From NCBI GenBank assembly GCA_963847625.1, contig CAWKAR010000003.1:96001-160000 (forward strand): a stretch of DNA of 64,000 bases. The letters run 5' to 3'. Made by a program: the position numbers and the translations under genes. The notes beneath the pieces are model-generated. The model made no database searches, was not told where the DNA came from, and saw nothing but the letters and a program-made list of their open reading frames with translations. Below, one piece after another: positions 10,137 through 19,778 of this stretch (its first letter is position 1; every line of letters begins with the position of its first letter). The DNA is from a candidate division FCPU426 bacterium (lineage in GTDB: Bacteria; Oederibacteriota; Muellerivitia; Muellerivitales; Muellerivitaceae).

Positions 10137-10658
10137 TTAATAGAGTTGAACGAATGCCGGATCGCTGTCCTGGGTGACATAAACGGTCAATCCAAAATCC
10201 TTGATATAGGGCCGGTCTACCCTGATCCGACACTTGTAGGGGTTGTCCGTGGGCGTACCCCCTTTAAGGAAAACTTCCCTGGTGGATTGGCGCTTCAAAA
10301 GCCATCCCTGGATGGTTTGGTCACTTGAAATATCGATGATGAAATTGGGGCCTAAATTCGTTACCAAGGCGCTGACCTTGGCCACATCGGTTTCGGTTTG
10401 GAAGTTGACGGCTTGGATCTGGAAAGGGGTTGGGGTGGGAAGGGCCTGTGGTCTGCTTCTTTTTACCCGATGGGTGCCTGAAGTTTCCCCGCTTGGATTT
10501 CCAGCCCAGGATTCATCCGGGGCCTTATGTTCCATGACCTGCTCAATGGCCCATTGGTCCCTTTCCCGGACTGCCATAAAGGGGTTCTCATCCACAAAGA
10601 CCGGTGTTAGGGTCAAAAGAATCAGGGGTACGAAGTACCCTCGAAAGAGGGTCCTCAA
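10137..10658 (-). CDS. Hypothetical exported protein
   Basis: N-terminal hydrophobic segment; overlaps the upstream gene stop. Confidence 0.55.
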   Translation of the reverse strand: MRTLFRGYFVPLILLTLTPVFVDENPFMAVRERDQWAIEQVMEHKAPDESWAGNPSGETSGTHRVKRSRPQALPTPTPFQIQAVNFQTETDVAKVSALVTNLGPNFIIDISSDQTIQGWLLKRQSTREVFLKGGTPTDNPYKCRIRVDRPYIKDFGLTVYVTQDSDPAFVQLY

Positions 10659-11872
10659 AACTGAACCCCCGTATCAATGCTGAAGGCGTAAGTGTTGTAA
10701 CCAGGTGAAAGAAGAGGAATTTCAAGCCCGTTTGTCTCGTTCCCGCCCCCGACCGGCATGGTTAAGGGCGTATTGATGTTGGAGTGATTCAAACGGGCAA
10801 AAGTGAAATCACCCATGGAATCAGTGACGTTGAAATCGATGAAAATGGAACGGATTCTTATCCGCGCCTGTCCATACAAAGCCCTTTGGGGAAGCTGCGC
10901 GGAAGGCGGGTCAATTCCGTTCCCCCCGGTAAAGGGATTATTGGGGTTGTCAGCAATCGGAATCTGAGCCTCCAGGATGATCCGGTCCAGGGACAGGAAG
11001 TGCCAAGTGAAAAGATGTTCTCCCCTAGCCCCAAAGGTGAAAGCGTTTGTGTCGCCTGAATGGGCGGAGTCCTGCACGCCGTACTCGAAGTAAAGGGTGT
11101 AGTCCTTGGCGAAATTAGCCTCGCCGCAAATGGAATAAGCCGGGTTACCACTCATGGAGGAATACTGGAAATCATCCGCCGCGCTGGCCCCAAGGTTGAA
11201 AAGAAGAACCGTCCGAAGATCCCCAAAATTGAGTTTCATCCGGAGCTGCCCCATGAAATACCCTTGTGAGCCGTCAATGACCGCGTCCTGGGCTGAAAGG
11301 AGCGTCGGGAAATAAAAGAAACTCAACGACGTCGGAGGGCTGGAGACGCTCTTATAATCCTCCACCCCAAAAAAGAACTTGAAGGGGATATATAGCTTGA
11401 TCCCGTCCAGACGCCTCAAGCCCATTAAGGTGTAACGCCCGAAAAAGTGGGTGGTGCTGGCGATATCCGATAAATCCATCCGTCCAATCCGAGCCTCCAT
11501 CCAAGGTTCAGACAGGGAGAAATTCGCCTCCCTTAACTGAAGGCCTACCCCGTCATCGGACGAGGAAAAGGATTTGGTGACCCTAATCGTTCCTTGCGCC
11601 GAAACGTCGTTCTCGTCGAGTTTTCGGACAGCGGAAAGGTCGAGCAAGGAAAACCCAAGGTTCCCTGACGCGTCACTCCCGTAGTGGGCCGCGACGGTCG
11701 CGTTGAGGACCTTGGAATCGTTGTCCACGTGGGGCGGCGGAACCCAGTTTGGTTTAGGTGTCGCAGTGGGACTAGGGGTGGGGGTTGGTGTTTTCTTCCC
11801 TTTGGGTTTTGCATATACGGAAGTAACGTTTATCAAAACCAGCAGACAGAAAAAGTAAAATATCTTTTTCAT
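10655..11872 (-). CDS. Putative outer-membrane beta-barrel protein
   Basis: Signal peptide, PT linker, amphipathic strands (QLREANFSL, EARIGRMDL), C-terminal Phe beta-signal (DTGVQF). Confidence 0.6.
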   Translation of the reverse strand: MKKIFYFFCLLVLINVTSVYAKPKGKKTPTPTPSPTATPKPNWVPPPHVDNDSKVLNATVAAHYGSDASGNLGFSLLDLSAVRKLDENDVSAQGTIRVTKSFSSSDDGVGLQLREANFSLSEPWMEARIGRMDLSDIASTTHFFGRYTLMGLRRLDGIKLYIPFKFFFGVEDYKSVSSPPTSLSFFYFPTLLSAQDAVIDGSQGYFMGQLRMKLNFGDLRTVLLFNLGASAADDFQYSSMSGNPAYSICGEANFAKDYTLYFEYGVQDSAHSGDTNAFTFGARGEHLFTWHFLSLDRIILEAQIPIADNPNNPFTGGNGIDPPSAQLPQRALYGQARIRIRSIFIDFNVTDSMGDFTFARLNHSNINTPLTMPVGGGNETNGLEIPLLSPGYNTYAFSIDTGVQF

Positions 11873-11887
11873 TTAAATAAACCCTTT

Positions 11888-12649
11888 TCAAGGGATGGTG
11901 TAGGAGACCAGCATTTTCGGCTTTTGCTGGCCGTTCCCCGTGTTATCCCAAAACGAGATGAAGCCTGAAAGCGACCCGCTTGTTTCCGGTTCCGGCGAAA
12001 TCAAAACCCCGTAATTGTTGTTGGACTTGTTCACCCAAACCTGGGCAAGAGACGGCTTAATGTTCCAGGCAAGGAGAACTTGGGTGGCGTTCACCTGAGA
12101 GGCGGTAACAGTCACCGCGTCCATATACGCCTGGTTGTAATCCACTCCCGCCGTAATGGGAGAACTGGTTCCCCCATTCCAGCCATATGGGGATACAAGG
12201 ACATTCCAGGTGCTTGAGTCGTTCCAAGGCACTTGGCCGGCTGGAGGTGGTATGACTTGGTGGATGCCGAAAACGTAAGTACCATCGGAAAGATTCGTGG
12301 TGGTTTCCGTGGCCATTTGGAGGCTCACGGCGGTTATGGTGGCGTTGGAGGGTATGCCGTAAGAAAGGTCGAACCTTACTAGTCCCAATGCTGCGTTCGC
12401 CGTTGTTGATCCCGTGGCGACCTTAATCTGGCCTGTCCCCTGTGCGGAATTGGGGTTGCTTCCATCCAGCCAATGGGTATCCGCCCCCCCATACCCCGAA
12501 TCGGGGTAAACCCCGTTTTCAAATACCATTGAATACGTTGGGATGGTCGGTCCCGCTGGTCCCTGGGGCCCGGCCGGGCCTGCTGGACCCTTTTCGCAAC
12601 CCGCTAGGGTCAGCGCCAAAATCAAGCCAACCGCTGTATTTATCTTCAT
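11888..12649 (-). CDS. Lipoprotein with short collagen-like repeat and DNRLRE/CBM96-like domain
   Basis: Likely start ATG at 12649 (MKINTAVG...LTLAGC lipobox); GPAGPAGPQGPAGP; GLVRFDLS.IPSNATITAVSL, NNYGVLI, KPKMLVSY. Confidence 0.7.
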   Translation of the reverse strand: MKINTAVGLILALTLAGCEKGPAGPAGPQGPAGPTIPTYSMVFENGVYPDSGYGGADTHWLDGSNPNSAQGTGQIKVATGSTTANAALGLVRFDLSYGIPSNATITAVSLQMATETTTNLSDGTYVFGIHQVIPPPAGQVPWNDSSTWNVLVSPYGWNGGTSSPITAGVDYNQAYMDAVTVTASQVNATQVLLAWNIKPSLAQVWVNKSNNNYGVLISPEPETSGSLSGFISFWDNTGNGQQKPKMLVSYTIP

Positions 12650-12707
12650 ATGGCCTTCCTTTAAAAGGTTTTTCCTACAAGCGGGCACTAAAAGGTTAAT
12701 TTTTGTA

Positions 12708-13802
12708 TTAGTAGTGCGCTTGCAATAACTGTGTCGTGCCGCTTGATGGGATATTGGTTGTTTGCGATTGCCCATCGAAAGAAACGTTGAGCGCTCCCGT
12801 GGACCCGCCGCTTGTGATTGTGCAGGCATAGGAACCCGGTGCGAATTGCAGCGTTGCCCCACCACAGTTTGAGGCTCCAATGGTGCCGTTTGGCGTTTGG
12901 AGTTGGTTCTGGCAGCAGTCCCCGGCGTTCCAGGAAACCGTCACCACGGCACTGGAAGTGCAGCCATTGGCGAGGGAAACATTTAAGTTTCCCCAAATCA
13001 GATACATTTGCGCGGCGCTCATGATGGCGCATAAGCTTTGATACACGTAAGTGGTCGTCCAAGAGACCGTTACGGTCGAGTTAAAGCCTTTGGTAATGGT
13101 CTGGGGTGAACTGTAGGCCCGGGGATAAGGTGTGGGTTCCAAGTCGAGGGCAGTTACCGAGAAACTAGGTGGGGTGTCCACGCAATTGACCCCGGTGACG
13201 GTAACCGAGGCCGTATCGGCGCTTCCATATCCAATCGTCGCGGGTCCGTAGGTTCCGTTCCAATTCGTCGGGAATGCCGAAAAAGCGATCTTCCCTGGGA
13301 TCAACAGGTTTCCCGGTTGGCTATAGATGAGGTGGTAGGTGAAAGGATTTCCTGGATTCGTGGAAGTGAAAGATTCCGGCACGGTCGGGGTCAAATAAAT
13401 CGTCGCACCCGCCGAATTGAAATTGGCTGTCTGATTTGCGACGGAGACTGGCATGGTGATGGTGCTGGGGGCGAATGGAAACGGCGTTTGAGCTGGAACC
13501 ACAAAAGTCCAATTTCCAATATCCAACCATGCCGGGTTAAAGGTTGCGATCCCGCTGGCCGTGGTCGATTGGCTGTAGACCGTCACCCCAGAAGGCGGTA
13601 TCGCCTTCACCAACACATTGGGAACCCCAATCCCTTTATCCTCCACGAATGCGCTCACAGAGCCATGGATTTGTTCAGGAGTTGGCGTAAAGGCGACATC
13701 GTAAGGGACTGATGGGCCGCGATTAGATTGGCAGCCTATAAAACAGATTCCTAGAATTTCCGACAGAAAAAGCGTTGTAACAATAAGCCAAGTTTTATTC
13801 AT
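12708..13802 (-). CDS. Lipoprotein, beta-rich with Cys-rich C-terminus
   Basis: Lipobox-like FIGC; Thr/Ser-rich Ig-like segments; GGAGG RBS. Confidence 0.65.
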   Translation of the reverse strand: MNKTWLIVTTLFLSEILGICFIGCQSNRGPSVPYDVAFTPTPEQIHGSVSAFVEDKGIGVPNVLVKAIPPSGVTVYSQSTTASGIATFNPAWLDIGNWTFVVPAQTPFPFAPSTITMPVSVANQTANFNSAGATIYLTPTVPESFTSTNPGNPFTYHLIYSQPGNLLIPGKIAFSAFPTNWNGTYGPATIGYGSADTASVTVTGVNCVDTPPSFSVTALDLEPTPYPRAYSSPQTITKGFNSTVTVSWTTTYVYQSLCAIMSAAQMYLIWGNLNVSLANGCTSSAVVTVSWNAGDCCQNQLQTPNGTIGASNCGGATLQFAPGSYACTITSGGSTGALNVSFDGQSQTTNIPSSGTTQLLQAHY

Positions 13803-13903
13803 ATAGCACCCTCCATATGAGCCGACGGGCCCTCATTGTTTAACCGAATTGCTTTTGCCCATGTGCCGAGGATGAGATTTTTAAACATTTTTGAAACATT
13901 GAC

Positions 13904-13938
13904 CAGGACTTCAAAGTCCACCGGACTTTGAAGTCCTG
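13904..13938. promoter_or_regulatory. Twin palindromic operator (GGACTTnnAAGTCC x2) between divergent genes
   Basis: CAGGACTTCAAAGTCC-ACC-GGACTTTGAAGTCCTG: a perfect 16-bp inverted repeat whose arms are each palindromic. Confidence 0.7.
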
Positions 13939-14316
13939 TTGTCACTTTTCGTTTTGAACTACCAATTCCAAATGCCTTATTCAGACCCTTCCGAAATATC
14001 GTTCCTAATGGAAATCCAACAAATCATCTCCAATAAAAGGGCCGGAAAAGGTTTCGGCCAGGAGTATCTTGCCGAGAAAGTGGATGCGTGCGACCGCCAA
14101 GTCCGGCGATGGGAACATAAAACGGAAGCGATTCAAATCAATATTTTGTATTTGTACAGGCTCGCGAAAATTTTCGACTGTTCAATCCATGATCTTTTGC
14201 CGTATGACCCTGTTTATGGCGGCAACGGGAATAAAGCAGTTAGCAGCCTTGAAAAAGCCGGAAATAAACAAGACCGGCTGGACATTACGGGGCCGTCCCA
14301 GGAGAAAAAAGAATGA
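13939..14316 (+). CDS. XRE-family HTH transcriptional regulator (start uncertain; 13972 or 14008 possible)
   Basis: KRAGKGFGQEYLAEKVDACDRQVRRWE...LYRLAKIFDCSIHDLL. Confidence 0.85.
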   Translation: MSLFVLNYQFQMPYSDPSEISFLMEIQQIISNKRAGKGFGQEYLAEKVDACDRQVRRWEHKTEAIQINILYLYRLAKIFDCSIHDLLPYDPVYGGNGNKAVSSLEKAGNKQDRLDITGPSQEKKE

Positions 14317-14509
14317 GGTTTGATCGGTACCGCCGAGCGGGCCTTTTGGCCGGCTTTGCCGTATCTGGCTGAACATCAGAGGGGTTTCGCGGGATAAAAC
14401 GGTAAGGGAAATATTGGGAAAATGGTGAGTAAGCATGTTGTGCGCCTGGTCGAACCATAATGTGCATCGGCCACTAATCACTTTTCCTTCAACTCTCTTG
14501 AGTTTGTTT

Positions 14510-15310
14510 TTAAATTAAATCAAGGAATGCATTTATCTTTTCAAAAGAGTCCCTGCGTAATCTTTCTTTTTCTGCGTCATCCACCTCATAAGAATTGGCT
14601 ACATCCATAGGTCCAACATGTTTTTCCGTTAAAAAAGCATTACGGATTTTTTCCAAACCTTCTTTGACCAATAGGTTATCGGCATGACCTTTAAACTCGG
14701 CGGCAAGACCCTTGAACCCGCCCGGATAATAAAGCACGCAAAAATAGATGTCATAGGCATCCTTGGGTTTGAAACGACCGGCCAAAGCCATGCCTTTCAT
14801 AACGATAAAACTCACAATGGAAGCCACTCGGATCATAACCCTATCCTGGCTTCCCGAAGGAAGGGTGCCATCCATTGTAATTTCAACTGGGCTTTCAAAC
14901 GCCAAATCGCAACCGCGCGCCTTACGGGCTTTCAATCCTTGTATTTTTTGATGCCGATGCCTTTTGCCCGTGCCTGAATATTCACCGGCAAGAAGATCAA
15001 CGAAAACTGGTATTCCCCTCACTTTTTTCTGGTATTGAAACGGCTTCTCGGTCCTTTCATATCCGGCGCCCAAAAGAAGTTTCTCGATTTTTTGATACCC
15101 CGCATCCCGGAGTTTCCGGTGATCCAAGGCCAAATCAACGTCGGTACTGCCAATATGATTTTCCATGGCGTCCGGCAGGATGAGCGTCGGCACCCAGCCG
15201 CCCACTAAAACGATATTTTCACGGTACTCACCCAATAGATGGGCGCACTCGATGAGTACCGATTTGGCCGCCTCAACCACCTCTTGTGAATAACCGCTTA
15301 AATTTGCCAT
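14510..15310 (-). CDS. Nucleotidyltransferase-fold toxin, type IV TA/AbiEii-like
   Basis: IVLVGGWVP...GSTDVDLAL and MKGMAL..R.KPKDAYDIY motifs; overlaps the antitoxin stop. Confidence 0.75.
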   Translation of the reverse strand: MANLSGYSQEVVEAAKSVLIECAHLLGEYRENIVLVGGWVPTLILPDAMENHIGSTDVDLALDHRKLRDAGYQKIEKLLLGAGYERTEKPFQYQKKVRGIPVFVDLLAGEYSGTGKRHRHQKIQGLKARKARGCDLAFESPVEITMDGTLPSGSQDRVMIRVASIVSFIVMKGMALAGRFKPKDAYDIYFCVLYYPGGFKGLAAEFKGHADNLLVKEGLEKIRNAFLTEKHVGPMDVANSYEVDDAEKERLRRDSFEKINAFLDLI

Positions 15311-16395
15311 TGTTTTTCGATAACTTCCTTCAATAAATTTTCCGCCGCGTCCTCACCGCGCCCGCCTGAGGTTTTCAAATCCAAGTATAACTGGATGGGG
15401 GAAACCACAGGCACCCCCTTTTCGTTTTTCGACCCGTAGTAAACCCCTTCGTCATAGGGCCTCACTAGGAACACATTCTCCCCGCTCTCAACCCTTTTTA
15501 GTTCCATTCGTGCTATCCAAAAATCAATATCATCGACATAAAAGCTTATGGTTTTACTGCGAATATAAGGGGATAACAAATTCGATCCCGAGAAACTTGT
15601 CAGCGCGAACCTATTCGTGTAACCGATTATTTGCGAGCCCAAATCATTCCGGGATAAAACCTCCATCAGCTCCTCGTAAGATTTAAGGGTGTAAAAACGC
15701 TCGAAATGGTTGTCTTCGTTATACCGGTACCTGCCCGCCCATTCCATCAACAGTTCTTTTGGACGCGTCAATTGCAGGCCTTCTTTGGAAACGGATATCC
15801 ACTCGCGGGAATCCAGGAGATTTTTAACGTTTGATACCTGCCCCAAACTCACGTTTGCCTCTTGGGCAAGATCCTGCATCTTCCAGGTTTTTTGGGGGTC
15901 GTTTAAAAGAACCCTGATGACACGGGCGGCTTTTGGATAATAAAGCGTCACTAAATCACGCCGCTTCACGAAGGGGTTGGCGGCACCTTTGAATTCAATA
16001 TAAACATCATCAAAAGCAAGCCGGCAATTCCCCGCGAAATCCAGGGTTCCAACACCCGCCTCATGGCATATCTCAGCCGTCTGTTCGGAGATGTAAGGCG
16101 CCACCATGACACCGTAAGAATTGGAATAACCTTTCCTGGTATATTCCTGGATTTGGTGTATGACTTGTCTCGCTTCCCGTGGCTGGCCATTCGCCTTCAC
16201 TTCAAACAGAATATTTTTCGTAGTGTTATCTAATCTTTTTAAACAAAGGATCAAATCCGGGCCCAATGTGTTGGGATCGGTTTTTTTAAGGCTAATAGAC
16301 AATTTGGATATGCTTCGAAAACGCTCATTTATTACTATTTCAGCGTTTTTAAGCATATCATCAAAGTTTTTCATTGGATTAATTAGTTTCATCAT
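15298..16395 (-). CDS. Type IV TA AbiEi-family antitoxin/transcriptional regulator
   Basis: FEVK, APYIS, wHTH (DLAQEANVSLGQVSNV), VSPIQLYLDL...GGRGEDAAE. Confidence 0.8.
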   Translation of the reverse strand: MMKLINPMKNFDDMLKNAEIVINERFRSISKLSISLKKTDPNTLGPDLILCLKRLDNTTKNILFEVKANGQPREARQVIHQIQEYTRKGYSNSYGVMVAPYISEQTAEICHEAGVGTLDFAGNCRLAFDDVYIEFKGAANPFVKRRDLVTLYYPKAARVIRVLLNDPQKTWKMQDLAQEANVSLGQVSNVKNLLDSREWISVSKEGLQLTRPKELLMEWAGRYRYNEDNHFERFYTLKSYEELMEVLSRNDLGSQIIGYTNRFALTSFSGSNLLSPYIRSKTISFYVDDIDFWIARMELKRVESGENVFLVRPYDEGVYYGSKNEKGVPVVSPIQLYLDLKTSGGRGEDAAENLLKEVIEKQWQI

Positions 16396-16695
16396 TTGTT
16401 GAAATAGTACTATTTAATGAAAATTATGTCAATATTCACTATTTATTATAAGTTTATGTCTCTACAGACCACCCTGTTTATACTGGTTTTGTGACTTTCT
16501 AAGGAAAAATGGATTTTTGCAGTGTTATTGAAAAGGGCTGGAATTTTCCCATCGCCGGCTAACACGAAAAGAATGAAGTGGATCTGCGGGAAGTTCAAGG
16601 CGGGGAAAGGGTGAGAAATGCCCCACACAATCATTAGACGAAACAATGGCCGTAAAGGTTCCGCCATAACCGAGGTTAAAATTGGCCTTTTTCCC

Positions 16696-16725
16696 TTGTC
16701 CAATACACCTCCCCCAAGTGGACAA
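16696..16725 (+). repeat. Cassette-boundary dyad site A
   Basis: TTGTCCAATAC-ACCTCCCC-CAAGTGGACAA. Confidence 0.8.
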
Positions 16726-16770
16726 GCTAGACCTTGAAACAGAAACCGCACCTGTTATTAACAACAACTT

Positions 16771-17091
16771 TTATGATTTAACCATAATCAACATCATCTT
16801 AAACCGCTCCGTTGCCTTCAGGGCATGCGGCTTGTTAGCCGGCATTAATATCATCTCACCCGCTTTAACATGAGAGGGTTTTCCCTCTATCGTAACTTCC
16901 GCCTTCCCGTCAAAAATATAAACCAATGCGTCAAAAGGGGCCGTATGCTCGCTTAATCCCTGCCCCTTGTCAAAAGCGAAGACGGTCACGGTTCCTTTGT
17001 CCTTGCGTATAATTTCTTTGCTGACAACAGAACCATCTTGATAGTTCACCGATTCAACTAATACTTGGACCTGCCCAATGAAGCTTTCCAT
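16771..17091 (-). CDS. Cupin-domain protein
   Basis: FAFDKGQGLSEHTAPFDA...MPANKPHAL. Confidence 0.9.
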   Translation of the reverse strand: MESFIGQVQVLVESVNYQDGSVVSKEIIRKDKGTVTVFAFDKGQGLSEHTAPFDALVYIFDGKAEVTIEGKPSHVKAGEMILMPANKPHALKATERFKMMLIMVKS

Positions 17092-17119
17092 TATTCCACC
17101 TTAACAAGCCTATATATCG

Positions 17120-17536
17120 CTAACGCCGCCCCCGCTTTGAATTGTCAACAGACCACTTCCCCCCGCCCTTAGCGGCGATAAAGAGAAATACAAAGCAGTA
17201 AATCACCGCCAGCTCGCCGTGGTTGACGATCGGGAAAAAGTTGCTGTCGAACGCGAACTTCCAATGGAATTGAAAATAGGCCACCGCCATCTGACCGCTG
17301 GCCAGAAACGCGGCGAAGGTCGTTCTCAACCCCGCCAAAATCAACAACCCACACACCAATTCAATGATGCCGCCAACCCACAATTGGGACCCCACCGGAG
17401 GTCTCATACTGGGATCGGTCAACAACCCCAAAATCTTTTGGGCTCCATGAAACGAGAACAGAAAACCAGACACGATCCGCAATAAACCGTAGGTTTCCTC
17501 GGAATACTTCAAAAGATGCTGCTCAAATTTACTCAT
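17120..17536 (-). CDS. DoxX-family membrane protein
   Basis: LLRIVSGFLFSFHGAQK...ASGQMAVAYF...GELAVIYCF...GGGKWSVD. Confidence 0.9.
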   Translation of the reverse strand: MSKFEQHLLKYSEETYGLLRIVSGFLFSFHGAQKILGLLTDPSMRPPVGSQLWVGGIIELVCGLLILAGLRTTFAAFLASGQMAVAYFQFHWKFAFDSNFFPIVNHGELAVIYCFVFLFIAAKGGGKWSVDNSKRGRR

Positions 17537-17565
17537 ATATCCGTGCCTCCCTTCATTTTATGCAA

Positions 17566-18039
17566 TTATTCCTCGTCGATTTGTTCTACGAGGTAGTTCT
17601 TCAAATCCATTTGTTTGATTTGGTCCTGCTGAGCTTCAAGCCAGTCGATATGGGCCTCTTCGTCCTTAAGAATCGCTTCGAGGAGATCCCTGGTGCCGTT
17701 GTCCCCTAGTTCGGAAGCCAGTTTTATTGCGGCGTTATATGCCTTAATGGCGCTTTCCTCGGCGGTCCAGTCGTTCTTGATTTGCTCGGGTACGTCGGCG
17801 CCGATATGGATGGCTAGGAGCTTCGAGACGATGGGCACTCCCTCTAGGAATAGGATCCTGCCGATGAGCTTCTCGGCATGTTTCATCTCATCCTTGGCGC
17901 GTTTTTCAGTCATCTTGTGGAGCCGCCCGTAACCCCAGTTGGCGCACATTTCCGAATGAACCATATATTGGTTGACGGCGGTAAGCTCGTCAGATAATTG
18001 TGTGTTCAACGTCTCAATGATCTTTGGATTGCCTTTCAT
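17566..18039 (-). CDS. bfr: Bacterioferritin
   Basis: MKGNPKII..LN..L.DELTAVNQYMVH, DEMKHA, EEAHIDWLE. Confidence 0.95.
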   Translation of the reverse strand: MKGNPKIIETLNTQLSDELTAVNQYMVHSEMCANWGYGRLHKMTEKRAKDEMKHAEKLIGRILFLEGVPIVSKLLAIHIGADVPEQIKNDWTAEESAIKAYNAAIKLASELGDNGTRDLLEAILKDEEAHIDWLEAQQDQIKQMDLKNYLVEQIDEE

Positions 18040-18118
18040 TTCATTTTCTCCTATTAAAAGTTGATTAATAAAGATTCTAACATTTTGATAGACCGAGTTT
18101 AAAATTAAGAAACTTGGT

Positions 18119-18691
18119 TTAGGCCCCGAATCTGGTTCCGGCTTCGGCCCAGTCGATGGCTTTCAGGAAGGCCTGCACGTAATCGGGCTTGGCCAGACCA
18201 TAATCCACCATATAGGCATGCTCGAACACGTCCCCCAAGAGGACCGGCACGGAGCCAGCCGGATATCCCGCATCGTGCTCGTTGATCCAAACGTTGAACA
18301 GTTTTTTCCCGACCGGGTCGTAAGTCAAAGCCGCCCAGCCTATGCCCCGCATGCCGCACACGGCCGCGAAGGCCTTTTTCCAATTATCCACCGAGCCGAA
18401 ATCAGCCTTGATCTGACCAGCTAGTTTTCCCGAGGGCTCGGCTTGCTTCGGGACCTTGGTCATGTTCCCAAAGTAAAGTTCATGCAGTCTCATGCCATTG
18501 AACTCCCATCCAAATCTTCTCTTCAGTTCCGCGAAACCCGGGGTGCCGGCTTCGGCCTTCTCCAAAAGCTCCACGACCTTGTTCACGTTGGTCACATAAC
18601 CTTCATAAAGCTTAAAATGGTTCTTCAACAGAGTTTCGCTGAAGCCGGGTGTCCCGATCAGGCTTGAAAAATCTTTTGGCTGGTAAGGCAT
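18119..18691 (-). CDS. Fe/Mn superoxide dismutase family protein
   Basis: Likely start MPYQPKD at 18691; NHFKLYEGYV, NGMRLHELYF, DVFEHAY. Confidence 0.9.
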   Translation of the reverse strand: MPYQPKDFSSLIGTPGFSETLLKNHFKLYEGYVTNVNKVVELLEKAEAGTPGFAELKRRFGWEFNGMRLHELYFGNMTKVPKQAEPSGKLAGQIKADFGSVDNWKKAFAAVCGMRGIGWAALTYDPVGKKLFNVWINEHDAGYPAGSVPVLLGDVFEHAYMVDYGLAKPDYVQAFLKAIDWAEAGTRFGA

Positions 18692-18955
18692 GTTCCCCTC
18701 CTTGGTTTGTATTTGATACAAGCAAATCATTTCACGTCTCAAACGCGGCGCTTCTCCTTTTTCAAATGAATTTTTATCTAATTATCGTCTTAATCATCCG
18801 ATTCAGTTTCCGCCACCACCGCTTTTAAAACTCCCAAAAAGAGCTCAATGAACCAATCCCCGTCATAACGGAAGCCGGTCAACTTTAACGTCGAGGGCCT
18901 CAGCGATTTTCATTGAGTAAGTCTTTTGGGGGAATAAAAAAGCATGTTCGGTCCC

Positions 18956-19468
18956 TCAGGCATTGGCTTTGGCGGCCTTCAAAGCCTTTTCATAGTCTGG
19001 TTCTTCGGTGACTTCCTTGACGATTTCCACGTGTTTCACCTTGCCATCCTTGCCTATGACGAAAAGGGACCTGGCTTCCAGCCGGAGTTCCTTGATATGG
19101 GTTCCATAAGCATTCCCAAAGCCCATTTCCCGGTGGTCCGACAGGGTCTGGATTTTTATATTCTCGACACCGCAAAAACGGGCCTGTGCGAAGGGCAGGT
19201 CGGCGGTGATGGTTAAAACCTCGATGGTTTTAGGCAGACGCCCGATTTCCAGGTTGAACTTCCGGGTCTGGATGGCACAAACCGGGGTATCTAGGGAAGG
19301 CGCCACCGATAAAATCAGGGTCTTCCCCTTAAATTGGTCCAGGGTCACTTCCTGTAGGCTGTTATTCAGAAGTTTGAAATTGGGGGCCGGGTCCCCCACC
19401 TTGATTTCAGGCCCGATCAAAGTCAACGGCTTTCCCTTAAAAGTGATGACTCCCAAACGTTCTTGCAT
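18956..19468 (-). CDS. tpx: Thiol peroxidase
   Basis: ITFKGKPLTL, PSLDTPVC, DLPFAQARFC, EPDYE. Confidence 0.95.
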   Translation of the reverse strand: MQERLGVITFKGKPLTLIGPEIKVGDPAPNFKLLNNSLQEVTLDQFKGKTLILSVAPSLDTPVCAIQTRKFNLEIGRLPKTIEVLTITADLPFAQARFCGVENIKIQTLSDHREMGFGNAYGTHIKELRLEARSLFVIGKDGKVKHVEIVKEVTEEPDYEKALKAAKANA

Positions 19469-19778
19469 AACATCCTCCCTTTTTATTTCATTCAGATATC
19501 GGCAATGGGCGGTTGCTCCCAGTTTAAAACTAAGCGCATCCGATAACAGCTATCAACCGGAATATCCCAAATTAACTTGCCCGACTACGATGCCAGGTAA
19601 TTTGTTGCTTCATTTTATTGCCCTCAACGGTTGCTTACCCAGATTTTTTTGAGGGAGAGGGCCAAATTCGCTTTATGGATCACATCGCGCTAAAAAAGGA
19701 AGTCTTTCACTCCCCTGATCCTATTTTCCCAAACTAGGATTTTTTTGGAAAAAAAGCAATGTACATCGGCCATACACC

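Noticed and set aside
14320..14505. oriT of the ICE-like element
   Set aside because: Only weak hairpins, no recognisable nic motif, and no relaxase to anchor the call.
16402..16415. AAATAGTACTATTT palindrome upstream of the AbiEi-like gene
   Set aside because: A plausible autoregulatory operator, but short and in AT-rich DNA, so too weak to call.
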